A stretch of DNA of 51,524 nt from Betaproteobacteria bacterium (GTDB taxonomy: Bacteria; Pseudomonadota; Gammaproteobacteria; Burkholderiales; Burkholderiaceae_C): positions 8,431 to 59,954 of the forward strand of contig JAYPFZ010000004.1 of assembly GCA_038126555.1 (NCBI GenBank), read 5' to 3'. The notes beneath the pieces were generated by a model, which worked only from the letters and a program-made list of their open reading frames with translations, was not told where the DNA came from and searched no databases. Below are positions 1 through 8,367 of the stretch, in pieces. Numbering within the stretch: the stretch's first letter is position 1; each line of letters starts with the position of its first letter. Position numbers and translations under genes: made by a program.

Positions 1-1398
1 CACTTGGCGTGGAGCTATTTCGATCACCCACCCTTGGTGGGCTGGCTGCAGGCCTTGGTCTTGCCGTGGTCGCAGTCGGAGTGGGCCTTGCGGCTGTGGC
101 CCTTGGCCACGTGGTGGATGACGGGCAGTCTGTTGTTGAGCTTGAACCAGCTGTGGTTTCCCCAAGTGGCCCAAACGCAGTGGCTGGGGGTGCGCATCGA
201 TGCCTGGTTGTGGCTGACCAGCCTCTTGCCCCACCTGATGGGATTGGCCTGGGTGCCCGATGCACTGCTCTTGCCGCTGACGCTGGGGCTCATGGCCCTC
301 ACTTGGCGCTTGGGCCAGCCCCACGCCAATTGGCGGCATTGGCTCGGGTTGGGCGTGTTGCTGGGCTTGGCGGGTTTGTCCAAATACACCGCGGTGTTGT
401 TGGCGGTGAGTGTGGGGCTGGGGCTGCAAGCTCAGCTGGGTTGGTCGCTCTGGCGCCAGCGGGGCTGGTGGCTGGCGCTGGTCATCGCCTTGTTGCTGGT
501 GGCCCCGGTGGTGCTTTGGAATGCCCAAAACGACTGGATCTCTTTCCGATACCAAATCGCCCATGCCCAAGGCGGGGCGGAGTGGCACGCGCACATTGCC
601 TTGCGCTATGGCGTGGTGGTGCTCTTGGGCCTGGGTCTGATTTGGCCGGCCGTGGCCTGGGCACGCGCTCGCGAGCCGAAAGCCTCGGGGGGCCGCGCTT
701 GGCGTTGGCCCAGCGCACGCGATCCCGTCACGCTGGTTGGGCTGTTTGCGTTGCCCATGCTGGTGGTGCTGCTGAAAGCCTCGGGTCGGGGCAGTGCCTT
801 GCCACACTGGGCCACCCCCTTGGGTGTGGCCTTGCTCCCTTGGGTGTGCGCGTGCATGGCCCAAGGTGTGGGCGCTTTGCGGGCTTGGGTGAAGCTGGGT
901 TTGGTGCTGCAGGCCGCCGTGGTGTTGGGCTTTGCTGGCGTCATGGTTTGGGGCGGATTGCCCGCCGAGTCGGCCACGTCTGTGGCTCGATCTGCAGGGG
1001 ATCGCAACGGGTTTGCCGGCATGAATCCCGTGGCCGACCTGCACGGTTGGGATGAGGCCGCAGCGCGCGCCAAGGCCTTGGCCCAGGCTCAGGGTTTGTC
1101 GGGTTTGGCCGTCACCAATTGGACCTTGGGCAGTCGCTTGGCCTGGTATGCCCGGCCCCTGTCGGTTCGCATCGTGGACGACCATGGCGATCAGTTCAAC
1201 CTGTGGTTTGGTCGTTTTCGCGCAGGCGAATCGGTGTTGTGGGTGGATTGGTCGCAAATGACCTTTGCCCCGCCCGTAGGCCCGCAACGCTTTGCACGTT
1301 GCGAACGATTGGGAGGGCACGTGGTGACCCGCGCGGGTCGAACCCTGTCGCATTTCCACTTCTACCGTTGTGACGACTGGCAAGGCAAGCATGGCTGA
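1..1398 (+). CDS. ArnT/PMT-family (GT-C) membrane glycosyltransferase, 5'-truncated by window edge
   Basis: Frame is open from base 1; motifs LAWSYFDHPPL, GLSKY and PVVLWNAQNDWISFRYQ; many TM segments. Confidence 0.85.
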   Translation, partial: HLAWSYFDHPPLVGWLQALVLPWSQSEWALRLWPLATWWMTGSLLLSLNQLWFPQVAQTQWLGVRIDAWLWLTSLLPHLMGLAWVPDALLLPLTLGLMALTWRLGQPHANWRHWLGLGVLLGLAGLSKYTAVLLAVSVGLGLQAQLGWSLWRQRGWWLALVIALLLVAPVVLWNAQNDWISFRYQIAHAQGGAEWHAHIALRYGVVVLLGLGLIWPAVAWARAREPKASGGRAWRWPSARDPVTLVGLFALPMLVVLLKASGRGSALPHWATPLGVALLPWVCACMAQGVGALRAWVKLGLVLQAAVVLGFAGVMVWGGLPAESATSVARSAGDRNGFAGMNPVADLHGWDEAAARAKALAQAQGLSGLAVTNWTLGSRLAWYARPLSVRIVDDHGDQFNLWFGRFRAGESVLWVDWSQMTFAPPVGPQRFARCERLGGHVVTRAGRTLSHFHFYRCDDWQGKHG

Positions 1399-2215
1399 GC
1401 TCCAACCGCCCATGTTGAGCCCCCGTGGCCTCAAGCAACTCGTGGGGCTGGGGCTGGCTTTGCTCGTGACTGCCGCGTTGCTGAAGCTGGTTGTGGGGGT
1501 GCCAGAGCCTGGCTTTTTCAGCTTCAACCGATGGGGTCAATCGGCCCCCACGCTTTGGGCCAACCTCACCCAGCTGGGGGACACCAGCGTGGTGTTTGCC
1601 TTGCTGGCCCCTGTGCTGTTCCGTCATCCACGCGTTTATTTCGCCTGGCTATCGGCCGTGCCCGTGGGTGGGGCCATGTCGTTGATGTTGAAGCGGTCGC
1701 TGGACTGGCCGCGTCCGGCCGATGTGCTGACGCTGGATCAATTTCACGTCGTGGGCTGGGTGCTCAATGGCCGCAGTTTCCCTTCGGGCCACACCATCAC
1801 AGCGGTTGCCTTGGCGGTCATGGTGGGCCTGTATTGGCGAAGCCTGCCATCGGCTGCGCGGGTGAAGCCCCTGTGGGTGGGGATCGCCCTGGGGCTACTC
1901 GCCTTGGGTGCTGCGGTGTCTCGCATGGCGGTGGGCGCGCATTGGCCCACCGATTTGTTGGCGGGCACGGGCGTTGGCCTGATGGCAGCGGCCTTTGCCG
2001 CCTGGGTGCTCACGCGCTGGTCTTGGCAGCCCGGCCCATGGGCCCAAGCTTGCGCCGCCTTCGCGCTGCTGGTCACCAGCTGGGCCTTGATGGATCGGGC
2101 TTGGGGTGAACAAGAACCCGGAGCGCTGGTGCTCACCCTGTCGGCGATGACGGTCTGGGTGTCCTTGGCCCATTGGGCCTGGCAATGGGGGCGAGGGCGG
2201 CTTGGACAAACTTAG
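1391..2215 (+). CDS. PAP2-family membrane phosphatase (lipid A / undecaprenyl-PP phosphatase-like)
   Basis: All three PAP2 motifs: KRSLDWPRP, FPSGH, SRMAVGAHWPTD; ATG overlaps the upstream stop. Confidence 0.9.
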   Translation: MAELQPPMLSPRGLKQLVGLGLALLVTAALLKLVVGVPEPGFFSFNRWGQSAPTLWANLTQLGDTSVVFALLAPVLFRHPRVYFAWLSAVPVGGAMSLMLKRSLDWPRPADVLTLDQFHVVGWVLNGRSFPSGHTITAVALAVMVGLYWRSLPSAARVKPLWVGIALGLLALGAAVSRMAVGAHWPTDLLAGTGVGLMAAAFAAWVLTRWSWQPGPWAQACAAFALLVTSWALMDRAWGEQEPGALVLTLSAMTVWVSLAHWAWQWGRGRLGQT

Positions 2216-2225
2216 TTTGTCTAGG
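2201..2225. promoter_or_regulatory. 25-bp imperfect dyad: candidate Rrf2 operator or RNA hairpin
   Basis: CTTGGACAAACT-T-AGTTTGTCTAGG, 10/12 pairs; half-site TTTGTCCAAG recurs at 2301-2310. Confidence 0.45.
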
Positions 2226-2326
2226 TCAATGAATCAATAAATAAATACTTTAAGACTCATTAAATTTAAATATTCGCTGGAAGCTCTTTTTTTGTTAATA
2301 TTTGTCCAAGATAAAAGGAGCCTCAC

Positions 2327-2848
2327 ATGTTTTCTAAGCGAACCTTCAGTGCCGTAGATGCCACCGTCGTGATTGCCTCTCAACAGCAGGGGCAAACCGT
2401 GAGCACCCAAGACATCGCCGAAACCCTGGGCATGTCGGTGTCTTACCTCGAGAGCATTCTGAAAGTGCTCAAGAGCAAAGGCATCATTCGCTCCTATCGG
2501 GGCCCCGGTGGCGGCTACCAACTCGACGCCGATCCGGCGCAACTGAGCATTTGGGACATTGTGCAGGTGTTTCAAGCCGAAGGCCCTGAGGCTGGCGAAG
2601 GCGTTGAAGCCGACGCCATTCGCGGCGTGAGCGCCTGCTTTGATGGCTTGTTTGACTTGGCCCACAGTTACCTGAAGGAACAAAAATTGGCCGACTGGGC
2701 CCATGTGGAGTTGCCGGTCAAGTCGAATGCACCGGTGCTGCAAGGCCGCTTCAAGCTCAAGCCCCTGCCCACCATGAGCCTGCCCCGCGTGCCCAACTCG
2801 GTGTTTCAGCTGCCCATCCACGAACTCCCCATGAGCCGCGTGGCCTGA
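2327..2848 (+). CDS. Rrf2-family (IscR-like) transcriptional regulator lacking the 3-Cys Fe-S motif
   Basis: wHTH signature SVSYLESILKVLKSKGIIRSYRGPGGGYQL; AGGAG RBS; only one Cys. Confidence 0.9.
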   Translation: MFSKRTFSAVDATVVIASQQQGQTVSTQDIAETLGMSVSYLESILKVLKSKGIIRSYRGPGGGYQLDADPAQLSIWDIVQVFQAEGPEAGEGVEADAIRGVSACFDGLFDLAHSYLKEQKLADWAHVELPVKSNAPVLQGRFKLKPLPTMSLPRVPNSVFQLPIHELPMSRVA

Positions 2849-2860
2849 ACAGGGCGGGGG

Positions 2861-3760
2861 TTAATGCCCCTGAATCCGGGCGTGTGCCACCCCAGCCACG
2901 CCCTCGCGCATCAACACGGGCTGAATGCCCGCACCCAGCGCCTTGAACCCCCAGCGCCGCAGGCCGGCGCCCATGGTGGATTGGCTGGGCAGGTTGATCC
3001 AAGGCTTGGCCCAATCGGGCAGCAAGTCCACCGATAACTGCACCAATTGCCCCATGAGCACCGGCTGAGGGCTGGCTTGGGGCAATTCGGCGATCCAGTG
3101 GTGGGTGGTTTCGGTGCGTTCGTCCCGTCGCAACTCACCCAAGCGCTGGTGGAGTTGGTCCGTCAACTCGGCTTCGGTGAGGGGCAACTGCCTCGCCCCC
3201 AATGCCTGTCCCACCACGGCCATTTCCCGCAGGTATTGATTCACTTGAGTAGGGCTCATGGGGTGCAAGCTCAGGTGCTGATAGGCCCGGATGAAGCTCA
3301 GGACTTCGCCCAAATGCACCCACTCGATGAGTTCGGGGTCGCGGGCGTGGTAGGGCGTGCCATCGGGCAGGGTGCCGCTGATGCGGTCGTGAATCTGGTT
3401 GACCCGATCCACCACCGATTGGGCCAGCGCACGGGAGCCGTAGGTGGTGGCTGCGATGAAATACGCGGTTCGTCCCAACCGGCCCATCAGGTCTTGTCGA
3501 AAATTGGAATGGTCCCAAACCGCCCCCAAGGCGCGGGGGTGCAGCGATTGGATGAGCAAAGAACCTAAGCCCCCAGCCATCATGGCCACAAAATGGGCAT
3601 GCACCTGCCAGCACATGGCGTCGGGGCCAAACCAGCCAGGGTCACCCAAGGGCTCACGAAACGCATCCGGGCTGCCCTCATGACCGGTCAACGCGCGAAT
3701 GCGTTGCAACAGCCAGCGCTGGGGATTCAGGTGTCCAACCATTGGCAAATGGGGCGCCAC
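2861..3760 (-). CDS. Oxygenase MpaB/DUF2236-family protein
   Basis: GDPGWFGPDAMCWQVH, LHPRALGAVWDHSNF, RLGRTA and YHARDPELIEWVH motifs. Confidence 0.85.
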   Translation of the reverse strand: MAPHLPMVGHLNPQRWLLQRIRALTGHEGSPDAFREPLGDPGWFGPDAMCWQVHAHFVAMMAGGLGSLLIQSLHPRALGAVWDHSNFRQDLMGRLGRTAYFIAATTYGSRALAQSVVDRVNQIHDRISGTLPDGTPYHARDPELIEWVHLGEVLSFIRAYQHLSLHPMSPTQVNQYLREMAVVGQALGARQLPLTEAELTDQLHQRLGELRRDERTETTHHWIAELPQASPQPVLMGQLVQLSVDLLPDWAKPWINLPSQSTMGAGLRRWGFKALGAGIQPVLMREGVAGVAHARIQGH

Positions 3761-4350
3761 TGCGCCAGGTCTTGGGCGTAGCGGGCCGCGGTGACGTCGA
3801 AAAAGCTCAGGCCATGGGCGGCAAATTGCACGTAGTTTTGGGTGTCGCGCAGCATGCCGCGAACGGGGATGTGCAAGGCCTGCATGAAGGACTCCAGGTG
3901 CCGGGCCGACAAGGTTCTCGGGACCACCCGCATGCCCACCACACCCAAATCATCGTCTGAGCGCCGCAAGGGCCCTCGCAGCTGGGTCAAGAATGCTCGC
4001 GAGGCCTCCATGTCGAACGCACTGGGCTGCATGGGAATCACGATTTTGTGTGCCCGCTCCACCAATCGCTCCAAACGCCAACCGGCCACACTGCCGGCGG
4101 TGTCAATCACCACGTGGGTGGTGCCGGGCAGGGGCTGGGCATTGATGGTGAGGTCGGCGGCCAAGTCCCAGGTCTGGATGGCGGGCACGGTGTCGGGGCG
4201 CACCCGCAGCCAATTGCGCGCTGAGCCCTGCACATCGGTGTCGCCCAACATCACGGCGTGACCCTGGCTGGCGAAATAGCCAGCGATTTGGGTGGACAGT
4301 GTGGATTTGCCAGCCCCACCCTTGGGGTTCATGACGACAATGACTTTCAT
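3727..4350 (-). CDS. ParA/CobQ-family ATPase (orphan, short type)
   Basis: Deviant Walker A NPKGGAGKST, DTDVQGS, VVIDT, PMQPSAFD. Confidence 0.88.
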   Translation of the reverse strand: MKVIVVMNPKGGAGKSTLSTQIAGYFASQGHAVMLGDTDVQGSARNWLRVRPDTVPAIQTWDLAADLTINAQPLPGTTHVVIDTAGSVAGWRLERLVERAHKIVIPMQPSAFDMEASRAFLTQLRGPLRRSDDDLGVVGMRVVPRTLSARHLESFMQALHIPVRGMLRDTQNYVQFAAHGLSFFDVTAARYAQDLAQWRPICQWLDT

Positions 4351-4479
4351 GGCAACGGACGAACGACAGACAGCTCGAATGCGAAAACCCGCCATTCTAC
4401 GAAGCTCACTGTCCCCTGCGATCCCCGAGGAGGGATGACCCGCCAGGAGGGCGTGCTAGGCTATCCCTTGGAGTTGTTC

Positions 4480-5226
4480 ATGCAATCGTTTCAATCCAAG
4501 TCCCAGGCTTTCCGTCGTGGCTTTCAGGAAGCCATGGGCGCACCGGTCTGGGTCTTGTTTGCCAGCATGGTCGGGTTTGGCGCCATCGGCAAAACCCACG
4601 ACGTTTCCCTGGTTTGGATGGGCCTCACCACCTTGCTGGTGTTCGCTTTGCCCGGTCAAATCATCATGATGGAAATGATGCTGGCGGGGGTGTCTTGGGT
4701 CACCACGGGTTTGGTCGTGGCCCTGAGTTCGTCTCGTTTCATCACCATGGCGGTGACCCTGTTCCCGCAACTCGACCGCAAAGACCACACGCCGCGTTTG
4801 TATGCCACGGTGCACATCATGGCCATGACGGCTTGGGCGGTGTGCATGAACCGATTCCGAGACATGGCGCCCGAACACCGATTGCCTTTTTTTGTGGGGT
4901 TTGGCTTGCCGTGTTGGCTGCTGTCGGTGCCAGCGACCTTGTTGGGCCATGTGGCGGCGGGCTGGGTGCCACAGGCCTTCACCTTGGCGCTGGTGATGCT
5001 CAACCCTTTGTTCTTTTTGCTGTCTTTCGCAGGGGCGCGGCCTTTGCCGAATCGCGCTGCGGTGATTTTGGGCTTGCTGCTGGGGCCGTGGTTTTTCCTC
5101 TGGGACGCCGACACCAGCTTGTTGACCACCGGCTTGGTGGGCGGCACCTTGGCCTACTTCGGGGCCAAAGCCTGGTCCGCCCGCTCAGCCCGTCTGGCTG
5201 CTAATGCGCAGGAGCCCAAGCCATGA
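4480..5226 (+). CDS. azlC: AzlC-family branched-chain amino acid exporter permease
   Basis: Multi-TM protein with FALPGQ motif; coupled to an AzlD-like gene. Confidence 0.8.
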   Translation: MQSFQSKSQAFRRGFQEAMGAPVWVLFASMVGFGAIGKTHDVSLVWMGLTTLLVFALPGQIIMMEMMLAGVSWVTTGLVVALSSSRFITMAVTLFPQLDRKDHTPRLYATVHIMAMTAWAVCMNRFRDMAPEHRLPFFVGFGLPCWLLSVPATLLGHVAAGWVPQAFTLALVMLNPLFFLLSFAGARPLPNRAAVILGLLLGPWFFLWDADTSLLTTGLVGGTLAYFGAKAWSARSARLAANAQEPKP

Positions 5227-5564
5227 TGGCCGATTGGCAACAACCCGCATTGATTCTGATGGCGGGGGCCTTGGGCACTTTCCTGTGCCGGGGTTTGGGG
5301 GTGTTTTTTGCCGGTCGGATTGATCCGAACGGTGAGTTTTTCCAGTGGGTGTCGTGCGTCACCTACGCCATGATCGCGGGCCTGACGGTGCGGCTGATTG
5401 TGTTTCCGCAGGGCTTGCTGGAAACCATGCCCTTGGGGTTGAGGTTGGCCATCAGCCTCGCGGGCATGGTCTATGTGTGGATGCGCCCCTTCAACAGCTT
5501 GTTGCCCGCTTTGTTTGCGGGCGTGATGGTCACCTTGGCCTATGGCGCCATTTGGGGCGGCTAA
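5223..5564 (+). CDS. azlD: AzlD-family membrane protein
   Basis: 113-aa protein with several TM segments and a TFLCR-like motif; ATGA overlap with azlC. Confidence 0.8.
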   Translation: MMADWQQPALILMAGALGTFLCRGLGVFFAGRIDPNGEFFQWVSCVTYAMIAGLTVRLIVFPQGLLETMPLGLRLAISLAGMVYVWMRPFNSLLPALFAGVMVTLAYGAIWGG

Positions 5565-5587
5565 CCCGGCAACCCGCCGGGCAAGGC

Positions 5588-6814
5588 TTACAACAGCAGG
5601 CCGCCTTGGGGCTGCAAGCCCAGCGCACTTTGGCCATAGGCCGCGGCGTGCACATCCCAGGTGAGGGCAATGTGGGCGCTGGCCGCATGCAGGTCGCGGA
5701 ACTGGCGCTGCAAGGGCAAGCTGGTGAGCAGGCCAGAGGCTCCAGCTGCCGGCATGATGGTGTCGATGGCCTTGACCGCCAAAGTGGTGGCATAGGCCGC
5801 ATTGCGTTTCCAGCGCAATTTGGTTTCCATGCTGGGGTATTCGCCACGCATCACGCCTTCTTCCAGGGTGGTCCAGTCGCGGCGCAGCACGGCCTCGGCA
5901 AACTCCACACAGGCTGAGGCTTCGGCGATGCGGGCTTGAACGGTGGACAGCTCGGCCACACGAGCGCCGGTGTAGGTGCTGGCGCGATTGCGCATGGTTT
6001 CGGTGAAGGCTTCCACCGCGCCTTTGGCTGTGCCCAAAGGAATGGAGGCCAGCACATAGGCAAACGCGGCAAAGGTGGGCATTTTGAAGAGCGGGTTGCT
6101 GTAGAGCTGACCACCCGGCAAGTTTTGTCCAGCGGCAAACACTTCAGCGGAGACGGAGCGGTGCTCGGGCACAAACACGTCGTCGATCACCACATCGTGG
6201 CTGCCGGTGGCGGCCAGCCCAAAGGCATGCCAGTTGTCTTGGGGCGTGAAATCAGGGGCTTTCACCACAAAGAAACGACGCTCGGGGGCGCCGCCCGTGC
6301 GCTCGGTCATGGCGCCCACAAACATCCAGGTGCTGGCATTGACGCCACTGCCAAACGGCCATTTGCCGGTTAACCGGTAGCCACCGTCGACGGGCACGGC
6401 TTTGCCGCAGGGGAAGGCCAGACCGGTGGCGCCCATGGCGTTGGGGTCTTCGTCCCAGATGTCGTGCTGAGCTTGGGCACTGAGCTGGCCCAGATTCCAG
6501 GAATGGGAGGCCAGGTTGGAGTAGACCCAGGCGGTGGATGCGCAGCCCTTGGCCAATTCCACCACCACGTCCATGAGGGCGCACAGCCCCAGCTCCGAAC
6601 CCCCAAACGCCGCGGGTTGCATGAGCCGCATGAGCCCGGATTCGTGCAATTCGGTCACGGTCTCATCGGGCAGTCGACGCAGGGCTTCGGCTTGCGCGGC
6701 ACGCTCGGCCAGTCGCGGTCGCAGGGCTTTGGCAGCGGCCACGGCTTGCTCATGGGTGAGCTGCTTGGCCGGCTTGGCGGCCTGGGTGCGTTGAGGAAAG
6801 TGGGCAACGGTCAT
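5588..6814 (-). CDS. Acyl-CoA-dehydrogenase-fold flavin-dependent monooxygenase, oxygenase component (HsaA/HpaH-C2/IacA type)
   Basis: AEALRRLPDET, PAAFGG, GKWPFGSG, WHAFGLAATGSHD, LQRQFRDLHA; AGGAG RBS before MTVAHF. Confidence 0.85.
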   Translation of the reverse strand: MTVAHFPQRTQAAKPAKQLTHEQAVAAAKALRPRLAERAAQAEALRRLPDETVTELHESGLMRLMQPAAFGGSELGLCALMDVVVELAKGCASTAWVYSNLASHSWNLGQLSAQAQHDIWDEDPNAMGATGLAFPCGKAVPVDGGYRLTGKWPFGSGVNASTWMFVGAMTERTGGAPERRFFVVKAPDFTPQDNWHAFGLAATGSHDVVIDDVFVPEHRSVSAEVFAAGQNLPGGQLYSNPLFKMPTFAAFAYVLASIPLGTAKGAVEAFTETMRNRASTYTGARVAELSTVQARIAEASACVEFAEAVLRRDWTTLEEGVMRGEYPSMETKLRWKRNAAYATTLAVKAIDTIMPAAGASGLLTSLPLQRQFRDLHAASAHIALTWDVHAAAYGQSALGLQPQGGLLL

Positions 6815-6831
6815 GATGCTTCTCCTGTCGT

Positions 6832-7752
6832 TCATCCATTGATCTTGAGGTAGATGGCGTAAAGCGAGGTGGTGCCGCAAATGAACAAGCGGTTGCGCTG
6901 AGCGCCACCAAAACACACGTTGGACACCATTTCGGGGACGTGCACCTTGCCCAGCAACTGGCCGTCGGCACGGTAGCAATGCACCCCTTCGGCGGAGCTG
7001 GTCCACAAGCGGCCGGCTTGGTCCACGCGAAAGCCATCAAAAAAACCGGCGGTGCAGGTCATGAGTGCTTCGCCGCCCGACAAACTGTTGCCAGCGTCGC
7101 TCACGGCAAAGCGGCGAATGTGACGCGGGGCGGCTGGGTCTTCGGTGAACCCACTGTCGGCAATGTAGAGCCAGCGTTCGTCGGGTGAAAACGCCAAGCC
7201 ATTGGGGTGGTGAAAGTCATTGGCCACCTGGGTGACGCTCCCGTTCTGGGGGTCGATGCGGTAGACGTGGCAGCCCGATTGCTCGCGCGTGGCCCGGGCA
7301 CCTTCGTAGTCGGCGATGATGCCGTAGTCGGGGTCGGTGAACCAGATGCTGCCATCGGACTTCACCACCACGTCGTTGGGCGAATTCAGGCGTTTGCCGT
7401 CGAAGCGGTCGGCCAAGACCGTGATGCGGCCATCGTGCTCGGTGCGGGTGATGCGTCGGTGTTGGTGCTCGCAGGTGATGAGTCGGCCCTGGCCATCCAC
7501 GGTGTTGCCGTTGGCATAGCCACTGGGGTGACGAAACACCGAGACCGAACCGTCGGTTTCATCCCAGCGCAGGAGGCGGTCGTTGGGCAAGTCGCTCCAG
7601 ATGAGGTAGCGGCCACCGCCAAACCACGCAGGCCCTTCGGCCCAGCGGCAACCGGTCCACAAGCGATCCAAGCGGGCATGCCCCACAAAACACCCGGCAA
7701 ATTCAGGGTCAATGACCTCAAAACCACTGCCTTCGATTTGTCCGTAAAACAT
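6832..7752 (-). CDS. SMP-30/gluconolactonase/LRE-family beta-propeller
   Basis: WAEGPAW, LNSPNDVV, PNGLAFSPDE, FDGFRVD motifs. Confidence 0.92.
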   Translation of the reverse strand: MFYGQIEGSGFEVIDPEFAGCFVGHARLDRLWTGCRWAEGPAWFGGGRYLIWSDLPNDRLLRWDETDGSVSVFRHPSGYANGNTVDGQGRLITCEHQHRRITRTEHDGRITVLADRFDGKRLNSPNDVVVKSDGSIWFTDPDYGIIADYEGARATREQSGCHVYRIDPQNGSVTQVANDFHHPNGLAFSPDERWLYIADSGFTEDPAAPRHIRRFAVSDAGNSLSGGEALMTCTAGFFDGFRVDQAGRLWTSSAEGVHCYRADGQLLGKVHVPEMVSNVCFGGAQRNRLFICGTTSLYAIYLKING

Positions 7753-7771
7753 GGCCGTTCCTTTGAAGCGA

Positions 7772-8356
7772 TCAGAGCAAGCGACAGGCGTCCTCGAAGC
7801 TCAGGCGCGGATTGCGCGGGAAGGTTTTGCTGGTGTCGGCATGGCCCAGGTTGATGAGGAAGTTGGCCTGCCAGCGCCCATCGGGGAAAAACTCGGCGTT
7901 CACCTTGGCCGCATCAAACCCGCTCATGGGGCCGCAATCGAGGCCCAGGGCACGAGCAGCAATCATGAAATAAGCGCCGCTCAAAGTGGCGTTGCGCGTG
8001 GCGGTGCCTTGGGCCAAGGCTGCATTGCCTTCGAACAAATCTTTGGCGTTGGGCACATGCCAGATGTTGGGCATGTGTTCAAAAAAGCGGGTGTCGTTGG
8101 CCACGATCACCGTCACCGGGGCCTCATCGGCTTTGGCCACATTGCCCGGTGACAAGCAGGGCTTGAGTCGCGCTTTGGCTTCGGCGGTGCGCAAAAACAC
8201 AAAGCGAGCAGGCTGGGTGTTCATGGAGGTGGCCCCCATTTTGGCCACGTCGTAAATGGCCTTGAGTTGGTCATCGCTCACGGGGGTGGGCAAAAAACCA
8301 TTGGCCGTGCGGGCGTTCAAAAACACTTGGTCGAGAAAGGCGTTGGCGTCAGTCAT
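7772..8356 (-). CDS. rutE: Nitroreductase-family malonic semialdehyde reductase (RutE-like)
   Basis: ARTANGF, TSMNTQPARF, ARALGLDCGPMSGFD, FPRNPRLSFEDAC. Confidence 0.85.
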   Translation of the reverse strand: MTDANAFLDQVFLNARTANGFLPTPVSDDQLKAIYDVAKMGATSMNTQPARFVFLRTAEAKARLKPCLSPGNVAKADEAPVTVIVANDTRFFEHMPNIWHVPNAKDLFEGNAALAQGTATRNATLSGAYFMIAARALGLDCGPMSGFDAAKVNAEFFPDGRWQANFLINLGHADTSKTFPRNPRLSFEDACRLL

Positions 8357-8367
8357 GGTGGGTCAGT

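Noticed and set aside
4421-4453. Two short hairpins with GGA-containing loops (ATCCC-cgagga-GGGAT, CGCC-aggag-GGCG), CsrA-site- or riboswitch-like
   Set aside because: Stems are only 4-5 bp in GC-rich DNA, and a likely extended -10 (TGcTAGGCT, 4454-4462) lies downstream, so they are probably not in the azlC mRNA
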